Below, one piece after another: positions 24,824 to 32,000 of a DNA stretch of 32,000 nucleotides (positions within the stretch are counted from its first letter, which is position 1; every line of letters begins with the position of its first letter). Source of the stretch: Cupriavidus necator (lineage in GTDB: Bacteria > Pseudomonadota > Gammaproteobacteria > Burkholderiales > Burkholderiaceae); NCBI RefSeq assembly GCF_016127575.1, contig NZ_CP066018.1, positions 3,960,001 to 3,992,000 on the forward strand, read 5' to 3'. The notes under the pieces were generated by a model. It was not told the origin of the DNA, ran no database searches, and worked only from the letters and a program-made list of their open reading frames with translations. Position numbers and translations under genes: made by a program.

Positions 24824-25399
24824 ATGACCCTGCCTTCGCCGACTTCCCCCCGTTTCCACTACCGCCTCGCGGCGGTGCATGACTGGGGCGACATCGCCGC
24901 CGTCACGCAACAAGCCTACGGGCAATATGAGCTGGCCATCATGGAAGACTGCCGCGCGTCGTTCCAGCGCGGCATGCAGGCAGTGCTGGCGACCAGCCAT
25001 CCGGATATGGAATGGTGGGTGGCGGAGACCGATCACGGCATCATGGGCGCCGTGCTGTTCTGCCATCCGGGCGCCACGCTGCCGGCACTGGACGGCAGCA
25101 CCATCACCCTGACCCAGCCGGAAGCCCGGCTGCTGTCGGTCAGCCCGCAGGCGCGCGGCCTGGGCCTGGGCCGCACGCTGATGCAGATCTGCATCCAGCG
25201 CGCGCGCGATATCGGCGCGTCAACGCTGGTGGTGCGCACCATGCCGGAAATGGCATCGGCCATCCGGCTGTGCCAGCAGATGGGCTTCACCAAGCGCACC
25301 GAAGCCGGTGCGCGCACCGGCGCAATGGCCCGCCTGATCGACTATACCTACGCCATCCCGCCGGAAAACGCCACGGCGCCAGACGCGGCGCGCCCCTGA
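24824..25399 (+). CDS. GNAT-family N-acetyltransferase
   Basis: 191 aa with acetyl-CoA-binding motif A (LSVSPQARGLGLGRTLM) and motif B-like LCQQMGF. Confidence 0.75.
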   Translation: MTLPSPTSPRFHYRLAAVHDWGDIAAVTQQAYGQYELAIMEDCRASFQRGMQAVLATSHPDMEWWVAETDHGIMGAVLFCHPGATLPALDGSTITLTQPEARLLSVSPQARGLGLGRTLMQICIQRARDIGASTLVVRTMPEMASAIRLCQQMGFTKRTEAGARTGAMARLIDYTYAIPPENATAPDAARP

Positions 25400-25909
25400 T
25401 CAGTCCTGCGCGTCGCCCACCGAGGCGCGCCAGAGCAGCACCGCGGCCTGCGCCACGATGCCCTCCTGGCGCCCTTCGAAGCCCAGCTTCTCGTTGGTCT
25501 TGGCCTTGACGTTGCAACGCCCGCGCGCAATCCCCAGGTCCTCCGCCAGGTTCGCCACCATCGCCCCGATATGCGGCGCCAGCTTGGGCGCCTGCGCGAT
25601 CACGGTGGCATCGACATTGCCGATTTCATAGCCCGCCTCGCGCACGCGGCGCGCGGCCTCGCGCAGCAGCACGCGGCTGTCGGCGCCGGCGAACTGCGCG
25701 TCGGTGTCGGGGAAATGGCGGCCGATATCGCCCAGCGCGGCCGCGCCGAAGAGCGCGTCGGTGACCGCGTGCAGCAGCGCATCCGCATCGGAATGGCCCA
25801 GCAGGCCGCGGTCGTGCGGAATCTCGACCCCGCCCAGGATCAGCTTGCGGCCGGGCACCAGCGCGTGGACGTCATAGCCCTGTCCCACCCGGATATCGAA
25901 AGGCATCAT
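25400..25909 (-). CDS. ispF: 2-C-methyl-D-erythritol 2,4-cyclodiphosphate synthase IspF
   Basis: ORF 25400..25930. Start set to ATG 25909 (AAGGAG lies 8 nt upstream and the ispD stop 3 nt upstream). Motifs [35 protein letters not shown] and [10 protein letters not shown] are present. Confidence 0.92.
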   Translation of the reverse strand: MMPFDIRVGQGYDVHALVPGRKLILGGVEIPHDRGLLGHSDADALLHAVTDALFGAAALGDIGRHFPDTDAQFAGADSRVLLREAARRVREAGYEIGNVDATVIAQAPKLAPHIGAMVANLAEDLGIARGRCNVKAKTNEKLGFEGRQEGIVAQAAVLLWRASVGDAQD

Positions 25910-25913
25910 GCGG

Positions 25914-26654
25914 TCAGGCTCCTTTGCCATCGTTGCCCAGCAGCACTTCGGCCAGTGCGAAGTCCTCCGGGTAGGTCACCTTGAAATTGCGCAGCGAGCC
26001 GTTGACCAGCCGCGGATGCAGCCCAAGACGCTCGATCGCGCTGGCCTCGTCGGTCACCACCGCGCCGGCCGCCATGGCGTCCTGCAGCGCCTGGCGCAGC
26101 ACGCCCAGGCGGAACATCTGCGGCGTCTGCGCCTGCCACAGGCCCTCGCGCGGCACCGTGGCGCCGATACGGGCGTCGTCCTGGGCGCGCTTGAGCGTGT
26201 CTGGCACCGGCACCGCCAGGATGCCGCCGATGGCGGCGTCCGGGTCGTCGTCGCCGTCGCTTTCCACCGCGCGCACCAGCGCATGGATCATTGCCGGGGT
26301 CAGGCCCGGGCGCGCGGCATCGTGCACCAGCACCCAGTCGCTGTCGGTCGCGCCCAGCTGCGCCAGGTGGTGCAGCCCGGCCAGCACCGAGGCATGGCGG
26401 GTCTCGCCGCCGACAAAGGCGGTATCGAAGCGCAGCCCGGCAAAGGCGGCCGCGCCGAAGCGCGATTCCAGCGGCATGTCGTCGGGCGCCAGCACCAGCG
26501 CGGTGGCGTTGATGGCGTCGCACGCCGAGAACGCCGCCAGCGCGTACCAGATCATCGGCCGGCCGGCCACGGTCTGGTATTGCTTGGGAACGGCGCCGCC
26601 GGCGCGGCTGCCGGTACCGGCACAGGGAATCAGGGCAAAGCGGCGAGCGGGCAC
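25914..26654 (-). CDS. ispD: 2-C-methyl-D-erythritol 4-phosphate cytidylyltransferase IspD
   Basis: ORF 25914..26834. The conserved core begins at [24 protein letters not shown] 26654 ([10 protein letters not shown]...) gives the usual N-terminus length of about 246 aa. The alternative ATG 26726 would add 24 non-conserved residues. Confidence 0.85.
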   Translation of the reverse strand: MPARRFALIPCAGTGSRAGGAVPKQYQTVAGRPMIWYALAAFSACDAINATALVLAPDDMPLESRFGAAAFAGLRFDTAFVGGETRHASVLAGLHHLAQLGATDSDWVLVHDAARPGLTPAMIHALVRAVESDGDDDPDAAIGGILAVPVPDTLKRAQDDARIGATVPREGLWQAQTPQMFRLGVLRQALQDAMAAGAVVTDEASAIERLGLHPRLVNGSLRNFKVTYPEDFALAEVLLGNDGKGA

Positions 26655-26875
26655 AGGATCGGCGTTGAGTGAAAGAGGCGCGGGCGCCTGCTGGCCGGCA
26701 TGGCCAGCGGGACAACCGGTGCGCATTCTATAATACGGCCCTTGCCCGTCGCCATGCCGCGCCATTCCGCATTGACGCGTGCCCGGCAGGCGCCACGGGC
26801 CGTTGAGGTCCCCTGCCCCGACCCCCGCCCGCAATGCCGGCGGGGTGTCGTCGTTTTGAACGCCCCGCTGCCGAC

Positions 26876-29800
26876 ATGCCTGACGCCAAGCCCGCCTTCC
26901 CCTTTGTCAACCTGCCGCTGGTCAAGCCGGGGCTGCGCCACAGCGTGGCGGGCCTGCGCGGCTCGGCCGATGCGCTGGCTGTGGCCGCGTACGCTCGGCA
27001 GCACCGCGAGCGCGCGCCGATGCTGGCCGTAGTCTGCTCCCACGCGGTCGATGCCCAGCGCCTGGCCGAGGAAATCCCCTGGTTCGCGCCCGAACTGCGC
27101 GTGCGCCTGCTGCCCGACTGGGAAACCCTGCCCTACGACAGCTTCTCGCCGCACCAGGACCTGGTATCAGAGCGCCTGGCCACGCTGCACGACATCCAGA
27201 CCGGGCAATGCGACGTGATGCTGGTGCCGGCCACCACCGCGCTGTACCGGCTGGCGCCGCCCGCGTTCCTGGCCGCCTACACCTTCTTCTTCAAGCAGGG
27301 CGAGCGGCTGGATGAAGCGGCGCTCAAGGCCCAGTTCACGCTGGCGGGCTACGAGCACGTCAGCGCGGTGATGCGCCCCGGCGAATACAGCGTGCGCGGC
27401 GGCCTGATCGACCTGTACCCGATGGGCTCGGCGCTGCCGTACCGGATCGACCTGTTCGGCGACGAGATCGAGACCATCCGCGCCTTCGACCCCGACACCC
27501 AGCGCAGCCTGTACCCGGTCAAGGAGGTGCGGCTGCTGCCCGGGCGCGAGTTCCCGCTCGACGAAGCCGCGCGCACCGCCTTCCGCGGCCGCTGGCGCGA
27601 GCTGTTCGAAGGCGACCCAACCAAGTCGCCGATCTACAAGGACATCGGCAACGGCGTGCCGTCGGCCGGCATCGAGTACTACCTGCCGCTGTTCTTCGAG
27701 CAGAGCGCGACCGTGTTCGACTACCTGCCCGCCGATACGCAGCTCGCGTTCGCCGGCAATGTCGACGAGGCCATCCGCCGCTTCTGGGCCGACACCACGC
27801 AGCGCTACAACTTCATGCGGCACGACCGCGAGCGCCCGCTGCTGCCGCCAGCGGACCTGTTCCTGTCCGAGGAGCAGTTCTTCGTCGCCGCCAAGCCGAT
27901 GGCGCGCCTGGTGCTGCAGGCCGAAGCGAACGCGGACCAGGCCGCGTTCTCGGCCATCCTGCCCGACGTCGCGGTGAACCGCCGCGCCGATGATCCGCTG
28001 GTCAACCTGGAAGCGCTGCTACTCGACCAGCAGACCCGCGTGCTGATGTGCGCCGACTCGGCCGGGCGGCGCGAGACCCTGCTGCAGCTCTTTGCCGAAA
28101 GCGGCCTGCGCCCGCAGCCGGTGGACGACTTTGCCGCGTTCCTGGCCGGCGAAGCGCATTTCTCGATCGCGGTGGCGCCGCTGCAGAGCGGCTTTGCGCT
28201 GCCGCAGGGGCAGATCGCCTTTGTCACCGAGGCCGAGCTGTACGCCGGCACCGCGCGCCGCACCGGCCGCCGCAAGCAGGAGCAGGCCTCCGCCGTCGAC
28301 TCGATGGTGCGCGACCTGGCCGAGTTGAAGATCGGCGACCCGGTGGTGCACAGCGAGCACGGCATCGGCCGCTATCAGGGCCTGGTCACGCTCGACATGG
28401 GCCAGGGCGACGAGGAATTCCTGCACCTGGACTACGACAAGGGCAGCAAGCTGTATGTGCCGGTGCACCAGTTGCATGTAATCTCGCGCTATTCCGGCGC
28501 CGATCCCGATACCGCGCCGCTGCACCACCTGGGCTCGGGCCAGTGGGACAAGGCCAAGCGCAAGGCAGCCCAGCAGATCCGCGACACCGCCGCCGAGCTG
28601 CTCAACCTGTACGCGCGCCGCGCCGCGCGCGAGGGCTTTGCCTTCCCGCTCTCGCCCAAGGACTACGAGACCTTCGCCGAAAGCTTCGGCTTCGAGGAAA
28701 CGCCGGACCAGGCCGCCGCGATTGCCGCGGTGATCGCCGACATGACCTCGGGCAAGCCGATGGACCGGCTGGTGTGCGGCGACGTGGGCTTCGGCAAGAC
28801 CGAGGTGGCGCTGCGCGCGGCCTTTGTCGCGGTGCTGGGCGGCAAGCAGGTGGCGATGCTGGCGCCGACCACGCTGCTGGCCGAGCAGCACTTCCAGACG
28901 CTGTCCGACCGCTTCGCCGAATGGCCGGTGCGCATCGTCGAGCTGTCGCGCTTCAAGACCAAGAAGGAAATCGACGCGGCCATCAGGCAGATCAACGAAG
29001 GCACCGTCGACATCGTCATCGGCACCCACAAGATCCTGTCCGACCAGGTCAGGTTCGAGCGCCTGGGGCTGGTCATCATCGACGAGGAACACCGCTTCGG
29101 CGTGCGCCAGAAGGAGGCGCTGAAGACCCTGCGCGCCGAGGTCGACGTGCTGACCCTGACCGCCACGCCGATCCCGCGCACGCTGGGCATGGCGCTGGAA
29201 GGCCTGCGCGACTTCTCGGTGATCGCGACCGCGCCGCAGAAGCGGCTGGCGATCAAGACCTTCGTGCGGCGCGAGGAAGACGGCGTGATCCGCGAGGCCA
29301 TCCTGCGCGAGCTCAAGCGCGGCGGCCAGGTCTACTTCCTGCACAACGAGGTCGAGACCATCGAGAACAAGCGCGCGCGGCTGGCCGAGCTGGTGCCCGA
29401 AGCGCGCATTGCCGTCGCGCACGGCCAGATGCATGAGCGCGAGCTGGAGCGCGTGATGCGCGACTTCGTCGCGCGCCGCGACAACATCCTGCTGTGCACC
29501 ACCATCATCGAGACCGGCATCGACGTGCCGACCGCCAACACCATCCTGATCCACCGCTCGGACAAGTTCGGCCTGGCGCAGCTGCACCAGCTGCGCGGCC
29601 GGGTCGGGCGCTCGCACCACCAGGCCTATGCCTACCTGCTGGTGCATGATGTCGAGGGCCTGACCAAGCAGGCGCAGCGCCGGCTCGAAGCGATCCAGCA
29701 GATGGAGGAACTGGGCTCGGGCTTCTACCTGGCCATGCATGACCTGGAAATCCGCGGCGCGGGCGAGGTGCTGGGCGACAAGCAGTCGGGCGAGATCCAC

Positions 29801-30325
29801 GAGATCGGCTTCCAGCTCTACACTGACATGCTCAACGCCGCGGTCAAGGCGCTCAAGGCCGGCAAGGAACCCGACCTGATGGCGCCGCTGGCCGCGACCA
29901 CCGAGATCAACCTGGGCACGCCGGCGCTGCTGCCCAACGACTACTGCGCCGACGTGCACGAGCGGCTGTCGCTGTACAAGCGACTGGCCAACTGCGAGAC
30001 CGCCGAGCGCGTGGACGATATCCAGGAAGAGCTGATCGACCGCTTCGGCCGACTGCCGGCGCAGGCGCAGGCGCTGGTCGAGACCCACCGGCTGCGCATC
30101 GCCGCGGCACCGCTGGGCGTGCGCAAGATCGACGCGGGCGAGGCCACCATCAGCGTGCAGTTCGTGCCCAACCCGCCGATCGACGCGATGCGCATCATCG
30201 ACCTGGTGCAGAAGAACCGCCATATCAAGCTGGCCGGGCAGGACAAGCTGCGCATCGAGGCCAAGATGCCGGACGTGGCGATCCGCGCGCAGACCATCAA
30301 GCATACGTTGCGGCAACTGGCGTAG
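26876..30325 (+). CDS. mfd: Transcription-repair coupling factor Mfd
   Basis: ORF 26834..30325, start set to ATG 26876. 1149 aa with a UvrB-homology N-terminus, the RNAP-interaction domain ([17 protein letters not shown]) and a superfamily-2 helicase core ([38 protein letters not shown]). Confidence 0.95.
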   Translation: MPDAKPAFPFVNLPLVKPGLRHSVAGLRGSADALAVAAYARQHRERAPMLAVVCSHAVDAQRLAEEIPWFAPELRVRLLPDWETLPYDSFSPHQDLVSERLATLHDIQTGQCDVMLVPATTALYRLAPPAFLAAYTFFFKQGERLDEAALKAQFTLAGYEHVSAVMRPGEYSVRGGLIDLYPMGSALPYRIDLFGDEIETIRAFDPDTQRSLYPVKEVRLLPGREFPLDEAARTAFRGRWRELFEGDPTKSPIYKDIGNGVPSAGIEYYLPLFFEQSATVFDYLPADTQLAFAGNVDEAIRRFWADTTQRYNFMRHDRERPLLPPADLFLSEEQFFVAAKPMARLVLQAEANADQAAFSAILPDVAVNRRADDPLVNLEALLLDQQTRVLMCADSAGRRETLLQLFAESGLRPQPVDDFAAFLAGEAHFSIAVAPLQSGFALPQGQIAFVTEAELYAGTARRTGRRKQEQASAVDSMVRDLAELKIGDPVVHSEHGIGRYQGLVTLDMGQGDEEFLHLDYDKGSKLYVPVHQLHVISRYSGADPDTAPLHHLGSGQWDKAKRKAAQQIRDTAAELLNLYARRAAREGFAFPLSPKDYETFAESFGFEETPDQAAAIAAVIADMTSGKPMDRLVCGDVGFGKTEVALRAAFVAVLGGKQVAMLAPTTLLAEQHFQTLSDRFAEWPVRIVELSRFKTKKEIDAAIRQINEGTVDIVIGTHKILSDQVRFERLGLVIIDEEHRFGVRQKEALKTLRAEVDVLTLTATPIPRTLGMALEGLRDFSVIATAPQKRLAIKTFVRREEDGVIREAILRELKRGGQVYFLHNEVETIENKRARLAELVPEARIAVAHGQMHERELERVMRDFVARRDNILLCTTIIETGIDVPTANTILIHRSDKFGLAQLHQLRGRVGRSHHQAYAYLLVHDVEGLTKQAQRRLEAIQQMEELGSGFYLAMHDLEIRGAGEVLGDKQSGEIHEIGFQLYTDMLNAAVKALKAGKEPDLMAPLAATTEINLGTPALLPNDYCADVHERLSLYKRLANCETAERVDDIQEELIDRFGRLPAQAQALVETHRLRIAAAPLGVRKIDAGEATISVQFVPNPPIDAMRIIDLVQKNRHIKLAGQDKLRIEAKMPDVAIRAQTIKHTLRQLA

Positions 30326-30405
30326 GGGTCATGCGTATCCTGCATGGACGCGGCGCGCGGCCGGGTGTAGCATCGATTCCTTAACAAGTTAGCGATAACG
30401 CCCCC

Positions 30406-31620
30406 ATGCCCGCCCAAGCCGCTTCTTCCCGTCAGCCCGTCACCGAAACCGCCGCGCGCGGCAGCGCGCTTGAATGGACCCAGCGGCTGGTCGCGTACGA
30501 CACCACCAGCCGCAACTCCAACCTGGGCCTGATCGAGTCGGTGCGCGACCATTTCCTGGCCAAGGGGCTGAAGCCGCATCTGAGCTACAACCCGCAGCAG
30601 GACAAGGCCAACCTGTTCGTCACCGTGCCCGCCGCCGACGGCAATACCAACGGCGGCATCGTGCTCTCCGGCCATACCGACGTGGTGCCGGTGGACGGCC
30701 AGGACTGGACCACCGACCCGTTCAAGCCGGTGGTGCGCGACGGCAAGCTCTACGGCCGCGGCACCTGCGACATGAAAGGCTTTATCGGCACCAGCCTGTC
30801 GCTGCTGCCGGCCATCCTGCAGGCCAGGCTGCGCGAGCCGGTCCACTACGCGCTGTCCTTCGACGAAGAGATCGGCTGCATGGGCGCGCCCTACCTGCTG
30901 GCCGAACTGCGCGACCGCGGCGTGACGCCCGGCGGCTGCATCGTCGGCGAACCCACCAGCATGCGCGTGATCGTGGCGCACAAGGGCATCAACGCCTACC
31001 GTTGCTGCGTCAGGGGCCAGGCCGCGCACTCGTCGCTGACGCCGCGCGGCGTCAATGCGATCGAATACGCCGCGCGCCTGATCTGCTTCATCCGCGACAT
31101 CGCCGATGAGTTCAAGGCCAACGGCCCCTACGACCAGGCCTTCGACGTGCCCTACACCACCGCGCAGACCGGCACCATCCAGGGCGGCATCGCGCTGAAC
31201 ACCATCCCGGCACTGTGCGAGTTCGTGTTCGAGTTCCGCAACCTGCCCGGCGTGGATCCCGAAGCCATCTACGCCCGCATCCAGGCCTACGCCAACGACG
31301 TGCTGCTGCCGAAGATGCGCGCCGAGCATGCCGACGCCGGCCTGACGCTGAGCAAGATCGCCGCCGCGCCGTCGCTGGACGTGGCCGAACAGGAAGCCAT
31401 CACGCAGCTGGTGCGCGCGCTGACCGCCGACCGCGACACCAACAAGGTGGCCTACGGCACCGAGGCCGGCCTGTTCCAGCGCGCCGGCATTCCGGCCGTG
31501 GTGTGCGGGCCTGGCGATATCCAGCAGGCGCACAAGCCGGATGAGTTTGTTGCGCTGGAGCAGTTGGCTGCTTGCGAGGCGTTCCTGCACAAGGTGGTCG
31601 ACAGCTTGCGCGTGAGCTGA
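30406..31620 (+). CDS. argE: Acetylornithine deacetylase ArgE (M20 family)
   Basis: 404 aa with LVAYDTTSRNSNL, LSGHTDVVPVDGQDWTTDPF and DGKLYGRGTCDMKGF, typical of ArgE-type deacetylases. Confidence 0.75.
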   Translation: MPAQAASSRQPVTETAARGSALEWTQRLVAYDTTSRNSNLGLIESVRDHFLAKGLKPHLSYNPQQDKANLFVTVPAADGNTNGGIVLSGHTDVVPVDGQDWTTDPFKPVVRDGKLYGRGTCDMKGFIGTSLSLLPAILQARLREPVHYALSFDEEIGCMGAPYLLAELRDRGVTPGGCIVGEPTSMRVIVAHKGINAYRCCVRGQAAHSSLTPRGVNAIEYAARLICFIRDIADEFKANGPYDQAFDVPYTTAQTGTIQGGIALNTIPALCEFVFEFRNLPGVDPEAIYARIQAYANDVLLPKMRAEHADAGLTLSKIAAAPSLDVAEQEAITQLVRALTADRDTNKVAYGTEAGLFQRAGIPAVVCGPGDIQQAHKPDEFVALEQLAACEAFLHKVVDSLRVS

Positions 31621-31640
31621 CTGCCGGGCATGCCAGAGCT

Positions 31641-31676
31641 TTGCTCCCCTCTCCCGCTTGCGGGAGAGGGGAGCAA
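31641..31676. repeat. REP-like perfect palindrome TTGCTCCCCTCTCCC-GCTTGC-GGGAGAGGGGAGCAA, 21 nt after the argE stop
   Basis: 15-bp perfect stem read directly from the sequence, with no adjacent U tract. Only one copy occurs in this window. The sequence type resembles extragenic palindromes common in Burkholderiales, which is my recollection and not a search result. Confidence 0.55.
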
Positions 31677-31761
31677 CCAATCCGCTTTTCCCGGCGCTTT
31701 GCACTTGCCGCGCGCCGCCACACCGCCTGCATCACACCAACAACAACGAAGGAGACCTTGC

Positions 31762-32000
31762 ATGGCTGTCCGTGATTCCGCATCCCGTCCCACCACCCGC
31801 TTCGCGCTCGCCACCCTGGCGCTCGCCACCGGCCTGCTCTGCAACACCGCGCAGGCCCAGACGCAAGGCGCCGAAACCCTGCACGCCCAGATCGAAACCC
31901 GCGCCAAGGCCGTCGAGAAACAACTCATCGCGTGGCGCCGCGATATCCACCAGCATCCGGAACTGGGCAACTACGAGACGCGCACCGCCAAGCTCGTGGC
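31762..32000 (+). CDS. M20D-family amidohydrolase (aminoacylase/hippurate hydrolase-like), N-terminal fragment running off the right edge
   Basis: Absent from the ORF track because it is truncated. AAGGAG lies 7 nt upstream of ATG 31762. My translation is MAVRDSASRPTTRFALATLALATGLLCNTAQAQTQGAETLHAQIETRAKAVEKQLIAWRRDIHQHPELGNYETRTAKLV. It shows a signal peptide plus the M20D hallmark WRRDIHQHPELxxxExxT. Confidence 0.7.
   Translation, partial: MAVRDSASRPTTRFALATLALATGLLCNTAQAQTQGAETLHAQIETRAKAVEKQLIAWRRDIHQHPELGNYETRTAKLV

Noticed and set aside
1-32000. CRISPR arrays, tandem repeats, IS elements, toxin-antitoxin pairs and defence-system genes
   Set aside because: Scanning both strands by eye showed no regularly spaced direct repeats, no terminal inverted repeats flanking a transposase-like ORF, and no small two-gene cassettes. 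Every gap over 100 bp is accounted for as a promoter or terminator region.

Overview
This is a GC-rich segment (third codon positions are almost all G/C) that looks like core chromosome of a Burkholderiales beta-proteobacterium, probably Cupriavidus/Ralstonia-like. That assignment is an inference from gene content, synteny and a GGGAGAGGGG-type REP palindrome. I can support 28 protein genes (2 truncated at the window edges), one tRNA-Leu(UAG) and a set of promoter, terminator and hairpin signals.

Gene order, left to right:
- mnmC (5' part), rlmJ, a VanZ-like membrane protein and tRNA-Leu
- an IclR regulator, a small Cys-rich secreted protein, and a divergent M20 carbamoylase/AllC-type hydrolase
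- a five-gene Dpp/Opp-type ABC importer plus an amidase-signature enzyme, preceded by a near-consensus sigma-54 promoter
- an RND efflux pair (adaptor + pump) with no outer-membrane factor
- a lone HpnD-like squalene/phytoene-synthase-family gene followed by a second M20 hydrolase
- a small, highly charged periplasmic protein divergent from ompR-envZ
- a CitA/TcuC-like MFS symporter, ahpC-ahpD (mycobacterial type) and a GNAT acetyltransferase
- ispF-ispD, mfd, argE and the start of an M20D amidohydrolase

I found no transposase, integrase, phage gene, CRISPR array, toxin-antitoxin pair or recognisable defence gene. I do not see a convincing wholly novel system. The items most worth checking are:
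- the sigma-54-driven importer/hydrolase cluster of unknown substrate
- an orphan promoter-plus-terminator unit upstream of tRNA-Leu (candidate small RNA)
- the Cys-rich secreted protein with atypical codon usage
- the cpxP-like placement of a small periplasmic protein next to ompR-envZ

All long ORFs antisense to recognisable genes are treated as high-GC shadow ORFs.
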